64,000 nucleotides of DNA from Candidatus Rokuibacteriota bacterium (GTDB taxonomy: Bacteria > Methylomirabilota > Methylomirabilia > Rokubacteriales > CSP1-6), in NCBI GenBank assembly GCA_003220225.1, contig QHRU01000040.1, forward strand, positions 19,666 through 83,665, given 5' to 3'. Position 1 is the stretch's first letter, and each line of letters opens with the position of its first letter. Positions 58,649-64,000 of this stretch are shown in pieces. The notes under the pieces are model-generated. The model had not been told where the DNA came from. It ran no database searches and was given only the letters and a program-made list of their open reading frames with translations. The position numbers and the translations under genes are program-made.

Positions 58649-60003
58649 ATCGCGAATTGATCATGGTCATCGAGCAGCTCGGACGCGAGAAGGGGATCGA
58701 CAAAGAGGTCCTCTTCGAGGCGCTGGAGACTGCCCTGTTGTCGGCATCCCGCAAGAGCCTGGGGCCGGCCGACAACGTCCGCATCCACATCGACCGCAAG
58801 ACGGGCGACTTCCGCATCTACCAGCGCAAGCAGGTGGTCGAGGACGTCACCGACCCGGAGACGCAGATCGCGCTGGCTGACGCCAAGGCGCTCAATCCCG
58901 CGGCCGAGCTCGGCGTCGAGCTGGAGCTGCTGCAAGACCGACCGCTGCAGGACCTCGGCCGCATCGCGGCCCAGACCGCCAAGCAGGTCATCCTCCAGAA
59001 GGTCCGCGACGCCGAGCGCGAGGGCATCTACTCGGAGTTCGTCGGCAAGGAAGGCCAGATCCTCCGCGGCGTCGTGCACCGGATCGAGAAGCGCAACGTG
59101 ATCCTGGAGGTCGGCAAGGCGGAGGCGATCCTGCCCGAGCGCGAGCAGATCCCCGGGGAGCGCTACAACCCGGGCGACCGCGTGCGCGCCTACGTGCTCG
59201 AGGTGCGGCGCACGGCCAAGGGCCCGCAGATCTCGCTCTCGCGCACACACCCGGGCTACCTCGCGCGGCTCTTCGAGACGGAGATCCCCGAGATCCAGGA
59301 GGGGATCGTCGTCGTCAAGGCGACGGCGCGCGAGGGCGGCGAGCGCGCCAAGGTCGCGGTGGCCTCCACCAAGCGCGACGTGGACCCCATCGGCGCCTGC
59401 GTGGGCCTGCGCGGCACGCGCATCCAGGTCATCAGCCGCGAGCTGCGCGGCGAGAAGATCGACATCATCGAGTGGTCGAACGACCCGGCCTCGTTCGTGG
59501 CGCGCGCGCTGTCGCCCGCGAAGGTGTCGTCGGTGACCATCGCCGAGGAGCCGGCCGAGGGCGGCGAGGCCCACGGTGAGACACACATGGCGGCGCTGGT
59601 GGTCGTGCCCGACAACCAGCTCTCGCTCGCCATCGGCAAGAAGGGGCAAAACGCGCGGCTGGCGGCCAAGCTCACCGGCATGCGCATCGACATCAAGAGC
59701 GAGGGCGAGGTCGAGGCCGAGCGCGCCGAGGCGGAGCACGCCGAGGCGGCGCGCGCGGCGCTGTCCACCCTCCCCGGCGTGACGCCGGAGGCATTCCAGG
59801 CGCTCGTCGAAACGGGGCTCGTCTCGCCGCGCGCTGTGGTGGCAGCCGGGCGCGAGCGGCTCGCGCAGCTGCCGGCCGTCGGCGCCGCCGCCGACGCGAT
59901 TCTCGCCGCCGCCGAGGCGTGGGTGGCGGAGCGCGAACCGAAGGACACGCAGGAGGACGACGGCGCGGTGGCGGAGCCGGAGCACCCGCCCGCGACGGCG
60001 TGA
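58645..60003 (+). CDS. nusA: Transcription factor NusA
   Basis: [25 protein letters not shown] and [18 protein letters not shown]. Confidence 0.96.
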   Translation: MNRELIMVIEQLGREKGIDKEVLFEALETALLSASRKSLGPADNVRIHIDRKTGDFRIYQRKQVVEDVTDPETQIALADAKALNPAAELGVELELLQDRPLQDLGRIAAQTAKQVILQKVRDAEREGIYSEFVGKEGQILRGVVHRIEKRNVILEVGKAEAILPEREQIPGERYNPGDRVRAYVLEVRRTAKGPQISLSRTHPGYLARLFETEIPEIQEGIVVVKATAREGGERAKVAVASTKRDVDPIGACVGLRGTRIQVISRELRGEKIDIIEWSNDPASFVARALSPAKVSSVTIAEEPAEGGEAHGETHMAALVVVPDNQLSLAIGKKGQNARLAAKLTGMRIDIKSEGEVEAERAEAEHAEAARAALSTLPGVTPEAFQALVETGLVSPRAVVAAGRERLAQLPAVGAAADAILAAAEAWVAEREPKDTQEDDGAVAEPEHPPATA

Positions 60004-60260
60004 CGACGAAGGGGGCCGAGCCGATCCGTACGTGCCTGGGCTGCCGCCGCCGGCGGCCCAAGGGGGCGATGCTGCGGCTGGTGCGCGGGGCCGACGGCCG
60101 CGTGAGCTTCGACGGCACCGCGCCGGGGCGCGGGGCGTACGTCTGTCGCGATCCGGAGTGCCAGGAGCGCGCGCTGAAGCCCGCGCGCCTGGCGCACGCG
60201 TTCCGCGGGCCGAGCGAAGCGAAGACGGAGTTGATCGAAACCGTGGTTTCGGGGAGGTGA
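60000..60260 (+). CDS. ylxR: YlxR/RnpM-family RNA-binding protein
   Basis: PIRTCLGC and GRGAYVC; lies between nusA and infB. Confidence 0.88.
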   Translation: MTTKGAEPIRTCLGCRRRRPKGAMLRLVRGADGRVSFDGTAPGRGAYVCRDPECQERALKPARLAHAFRGPSEAKTELIETVVSGR

Positions 60261-60267
60261 GGGGACT

Positions 60268-62808
60268 GTGGCAGCGACCAAGGTGAAAGTCATCGAGCTG
60301 GCGAAGGAGCTCGGCGTCACGAGCAAGGATTTGATGCTGGCGGCCGAGGAGATGGGCCACAAGGGCGTGCGCGCCATGACTCCCCTCGACGCGAAGCTCG
60401 CCAACGAGCTGCGCACCAAGCTGGGCAAGGGACGTGAGCTCCCCGAGGAGCCGGTCAAGCCCAAGCGCGTCGCGAAGCCGAAGGCGCCGAAGGAAGACGG
60501 CGCCGTCGTCGACGGCGCCGAGATCGTGGCGAAGAAGCCGCGCGCGAAGAAGGCCAAGCCCGCCGACGCGGCCGAAGAGGTCGCCGCCGCGGTCAAGCCG
60601 GCCGCGACGATCGTCAAGCCGAAGCCCGTCGAGATCACCGGCGAGCCGCCGGCCATCGTCGCCAAGCAGCCGGAGATCGCGCCGGAGCCCTCCCGCGTGG
60701 CCCCCGTGACGCCGCCGCCGCCGGCGGAGCCGGTGAAGCCGGCCGCTGCAGCCGCGGGACCCGCCGCGCCGCCCAAGCCGGAGCCGAAGATCGTACCCTT
60801 CCGGCCGCTGGAGCGTCCGGCGCCGCCGCCGCCCTCGCGGCCGTCGCGTCAGCCCGCCGGCCCGTTCGCGCCGCCGCGCGTGATGCAGGGAGCGGCGCGT
60901 CCGGCGGGGCTGCCCGCGCCGCCGCGTCCGGCAGCGCCGCGTCCCGCGGCGCCCGCCGCCGGCGCGCCCCCCGCGCCGGCGAGGCCCGCGGCGGAAGCTC
61001 CCGCCGCGCGCGTCACCACGCCGGACGCCGTCGAGGCGCCGCCGGCCCCGCCCGCCGAGGTCCGCCGCGAGCTCATCCGCGTGCCGGAGTCGGTCACGGT
61101 GGCCGAGCTGGCCGAGAAGATGCGGCGCAAGTCGGGCGAGGTCATCAAGGGCCTGCTCGAGCTGGGCGTCATGCGGATGGTCAACGACCTGCTCGATCCG
61201 ACCGAGGCCAAGCTCGTCGCCGACAAGTTCGGCTTCGACGTCGAAATCCGCTCGGTGGAAGGCGACGTCCTCGAGGAGGAGGACGCGGACACCGGCACCC
61301 AGGCGCTCCGGCCGCCCGTCGTCACCGTCATGGGCCACGTCGACCACGGCAAGACGTCGCTCCTCGACGCCATCCGCAAGTCGAAGGTGGCGGAGAAGGA
61401 GTTTGGCGGCATCACGCAGCACATCGGCGCCTACCAGGTCATGACCGGCCACGGCAAGGTCACGTTCCTGGACACGCCGGGCCACGAGGCGTTCACGGCC
61501 ATGCGCGCGCGCGGCGCCCAGGCGACCGACATCGTCATCCTCGTCGTCGCCGCCGACGACGGCGTGATGCCGCAGACGCAGGAGGCCATCAACCACGCCC
61601 GCGCGGCCAACGTGCCGATCATCGTGGCCATCAACAAGGTCGACAAGCCCGAGGCGGATCCCGACCGCGTCAAGCGCGAGCTGGCCAACCTCGAGCTGGT
61701 GCCCGAGGACTGGGGGGGCCAGACGATCTTCGTGCCGACCTCGGCCAAGAAGGGCACGGGCATCGAGCAGCTGCTAGAGATGACCGCGCTGCAGTCCGAG
61801 ATCCTCGAGCTGAAGGCCAATCCCAACCGCGCCGCCAAGGGCGTGATCATCGAGAGCCGGCTCGACCGCGGCCGCGGCCCCGTGGCCACCGTGCTCATCC
61901 AGAACGGCACCCTGAGGGAGGGCGACGCCGTCGTGGTCGGCGCGCACTCCGGACGCGTCCGTGCGCTCCTCGATCCCACCGGGAAGAAGACGACGGCGGC
62001 GGGGCCCTCCGACCCCGTCGAAATCCACGGCCTCAGCGGCGTGCCGTCGGCGGGCGACGTTCTCGTCGGCGTCTCCGACGAGCGCAAGGCGCGGCAGATC
62101 GCGACCATGCGCGCCGACCGGGCCAAGGGCGCGGGCAAGGCCTCCACCCGCATCACGCTGGAAGGCCTGCAGAAGCAGATCCAGACCGGCGAGGTCAAGG
62201 AGCTGCGGCTCATCCTCAAGGCGGACGTGCAGGGCTCGGTGGAGGCGCTGGCGCAATCGCTCGAGCAGCTCTCGACCGAGGAGGTGAAGCTGAAGGTCAT
62301 CCACTCCTCGGTCGGCGCCATCAACGAGAGCGACGTCATGCTGGCCTCGGCCTCGGGCGCCATCGTGCTCGGCTTCAACGTGAAGGCGGAGCCCAAGGCG
62401 AGCCAGCAGGCGCAGGCCAACGGCGTCGACCTGCGCGCCTACAACGTCATCTACGAGGCGATCAACGACCTCAAGGCGGCCCTGGCCGGCATGCTCGCGC
62501 CGGAGATCCGCGAGACGATCGTCGGCCGCGCGGAGGTGCGACAGATCTTCGTCATCTCCAAGCTGGGGCCGATCGCGGGCTCCTACGTGGCCGAGGGCAA
62601 GATCGTGCGGGGCGCCAAGGTGCGCGTGCGCCGCGGCGACTCGATCTTCGGCACGGGGACGGTCACCTCGCTCAAGCGCTTCAAGGACGACGTGCGCGAG
62701 GTGCCGAACGGTCAGGAGTGCGGCATCGGCGTCGACGCCGTCCCCGGGATCCTGCCGGGCGACGTGCTCGAAGTGTTCTCGACCGAAGAGGTCGCCCGCA
62801 CGCTGTAA
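60268..62808 (+). CDS. infB: Translation initiation factor IF-2
   Basis: [28 protein letters not shown] and SLKRFKDDV. Confidence 0.97.
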   Translation: MAATKVKVIELAKELGVTSKDLMLAAEEMGHKGVRAMTPLDAKLANELRTKLGKGRELPEEPVKPKRVAKPKAPKEDGAVVDGAEIVAKKPRAKKAKPADAAEEVAAAVKPAATIVKPKPVEITGEPPAIVAKQPEIAPEPSRVAPVTPPPPAEPVKPAAAAAGPAAPPKPEPKIVPFRPLERPAPPPPSRPSRQPAGPFAPPRVMQGAARPAGLPAPPRPAAPRPAAPAAGAPPAPARPAAEAPAARVTTPDAVEAPPAPPAEVRRELIRVPESVTVAELAEKMRRKSGEVIKGLLELGVMRMVNDLLDPTEAKLVADKFGFDVEIRSVEGDVLEEEDADTGTQALRPPVVTVMGHVDHGKTSLLDAIRKSKVAEKEFGGITQHIGAYQVMTGHGKVTFLDTPGHEAFTAMRARGAQATDIVILVVAADDGVMPQTQEAINHARAANVPIIVAINKVDKPEADPDRVKRELANLELVPEDWGGQTIFVPTSAKKGTGIEQLLEMTALQSEILELKANPNRAAKGVIIESRLDRGRGPVATVLIQNGTLREGDAVVVGAHSGRVRALLDPTGKKTTAAGPSDPVEIHGLSGVPSAGDVLVGVSDERKARQIATMRADRAKGAGKASTRITLEGLQKQIQTGEVKELRLILKADVQGSVEALAQSLEQLSTEEVKLKVIHSSVGAINESDVMLASASGAIVLGFNVKAEPKASQQAQANGVDLRAYNVIYEAINDLKAALAGMLAPEIRETIVGRAEVRQIFVISKLGPIAGSYVAEGKIVRGAKVRVRRGDSIFGTGTVTSLKRFKDDVREVPNGQECGIGVDAVPGILPGDVLEVFSTEEVARTL

Positions 62809-62827
62809 CGCGGCGGCGGGAGGGCTC

Positions 62828-63118
62828 GTGAGCGCCGCGCGCGTCGCGCTGGGGATGATGGAGCTGCACCTGCCGGACGTGGACTCGCTCAAGGGCAAGC
62901 GCCACGTGCTGAAGGGTCTGAAGGAGCGGGTGCGCGCCCGCTTCGAGGTCTCGGTGGCGGAGGTGGACCACCAAGACATGTGGCAGCGGGCGACCCTCGC
63001 GCTCGCCTACGTCTCCTCCGACGCCCGTCACGCCAACGAGGTGGTGTCCAAGGCGATGGACTTCATCGAGGACCACATCCAGGGGATGGTGCTCGATACG
63101 ACCGTGGAGATACTCTGA
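62828..63118 (+). CDS. DUF503 (YlxP) protein
   Basis: SLKGKR...RF.VSVAEV.HQD.WQR; lies between infB and rbfA. Confidence 0.88.
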   Translation: MSAARVALGMMELHLPDVDSLKGKRHVLKGLKERVRARFEVSVAEVDHQDMWQRATLALAYVSSDARHANEVVSKAMDFIEDHIQGMVLDTTVEIL

Positions 63119-63468
63119 TGCAGGGCAAGCGACTCGACCGCGTGAACCAGCTCATCAAGGAAGAAGTCTCGATGCTGCTGCAGCGCGAGCTGAAGGACCC
63201 GCGGCTGGGCTTCGTGACGGTGACCGAGGTCGAGACGTCGAAAGACCTGCGCTCCGCCAAGATCTTCGTCTCCGTGCTGGGTGACGACGCCCAGTGGAAG
63301 GGCTCGATGGCGGCGCTGGAGAGCGCGCGGGGCTTCGTACGCAACTGGCTGCGCCAGCATCTCGAGCTGCGCGTCACCCCGGAGCTCGACTTCCGTCCCG
63401 ACCACTCGCTCGAGCACGCCGCGCGCATTCAGTCCCTCCTCAAGCAGGTGCGGGCGCCCGGCTCGTGA
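63118..63468 (+). CDS. rbfA: Ribosome-binding factor A
   Basis: KDPRLGFVTVT.V..S.DL..AKIFVS and PEL.F..D.S. Confidence 0.95.
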   Translation: MQGKRLDRVNQLIKEEVSMLLQRELKDPRLGFVTVTEVETSKDLRSAKIFVSVLGDDAQWKGSMAALESARGFVRNWLRQHLELRVTPELDFRPDHSLEHAARIQSLLKQVRAPGS

Positions 63469-63479
63469 GCGGAGACCTC

Positions 63480-64000
63480 GTGAGCGACGCCCCCCGTGTG
63501 CCGGCCGACGTCGTCGCCGCCCTCGACCGCGCCCCGGGGCGGGCGCTGATGCTCGGCCACGTCCATCCCGACGCCGACGTGCTGGGGACGCTGCTCGCGA
63601 TCGGCGAGGCACTGCAGGCGCGGCGGTGGTCGGTCGTCGCCGGCGGGCCGCACCCGGCGCCCGGGGCGCTGTCGTTTCTGCCGGGCGTCGAGCGCTACGA
63701 GGTGCTCAAGACGCTCGAGGGCGCCTTCGACGTGGCGGTGCTCACCGACTGCCCGAACCCCGACCGCACCGAGGGGCTCATCGACGCGGCGAAGCGCGCG
63801 GCGCCCGTCGTCGTCAACATCGACCATCATCCCGACAACCGCCGCTACGGCACCGTGAACTGGATCGACGTGGGCGCCGCCGCCACCGGCGAGATGGTCT
63901 ATCGCCTGCTCACGGCGCTGGGCGCGCCGCTCACGCCCTCGATCGCGACCAACCTCTTCACGGCCGTCCACACCGACACGGGCTCGTTCCGCTATTCCAA
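63480..64000 (+). CDS. nrnA: DHH-family oligoribonuclease/pAp phosphatase NrnA (3' partial)
   Basis: Read from the sequence: GHVHPDAD, NIDHHPDN, DTGSFRYS. Follows rbfA; open at the window end. Confidence 0.85.
   Translation, partial: MSDAPRVPADVVAALDRAPGRALMLGHVHPDADVLGTLLAIGEALQARRWSVVAGGPHPAPGALSFLPGVERYEVLKTLEGAFDVAVLTDCPNPDRTEGLIDAAKRAAPVVVNIDHHPDNRRYGTVNWIDVGAAATGEMVYRLLTALGAPLTPSIATNLFTAVHTDTGSFRYS

Noticed and set aside
60430..61060. Pro/Ala/Lys low-complexity stretch in infB
   Set aside because: Ordinary variable N-terminal linker of IF-2.

Overview
High-GC bacterial chromosome segment, mostly housekeeping. Gene style is consistent with Ca. Rokubacteria/Methylomirabilota (inference, not verified). 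In order it holds: the tail of a VWA/TPR operon with a GalT-like gene; gdh; a large Fe-S/sulfur cluster (iscR-iscS*-iscU-iscA-hscB-hscA-fdx-iscX, an opposite-strand dsrE/F/H-like trio, then iscS2-iscU2*-cysE-HTH-HD-dinB); two tandem secreted alpha/beta-hydrolase-domain paralogs with a LysR; a ferritin-like pair coupled to a biotin-dependent carboxylase; transport and membrane genes; a ~185-bp tandem repeat; an RpoD-like sigma factor; a malic enzyme/glycosyltransferase/nth operon; and the rplM-rpsI-argCJ-rpsB-tsf-pyrH-frr-uppS-cdsA-dxr-rseP-ispG-proS-rimP-nusA-infB-rbfA-nrnA block. The main oddities are four. (1) The isc-operon IscS has lost its PLP lysine and stacking histidine but keeps its catalytic Cys, while a second, intact desulfurase sits next to an IscU lacking its third Cys and a DsrEFH-like relay. 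(2) A 142-aa mini-intein sits in IspG exactly at a [4Fe-4S]-ligating Cys. (3) An apparent active/degenerate diiron protein pair heads an acyl-CoA carboxylase operon. (4) A GalT homolog lacks its nucleophilic His. No rRNA, tRNA, CRISPR array or transposase was seen.
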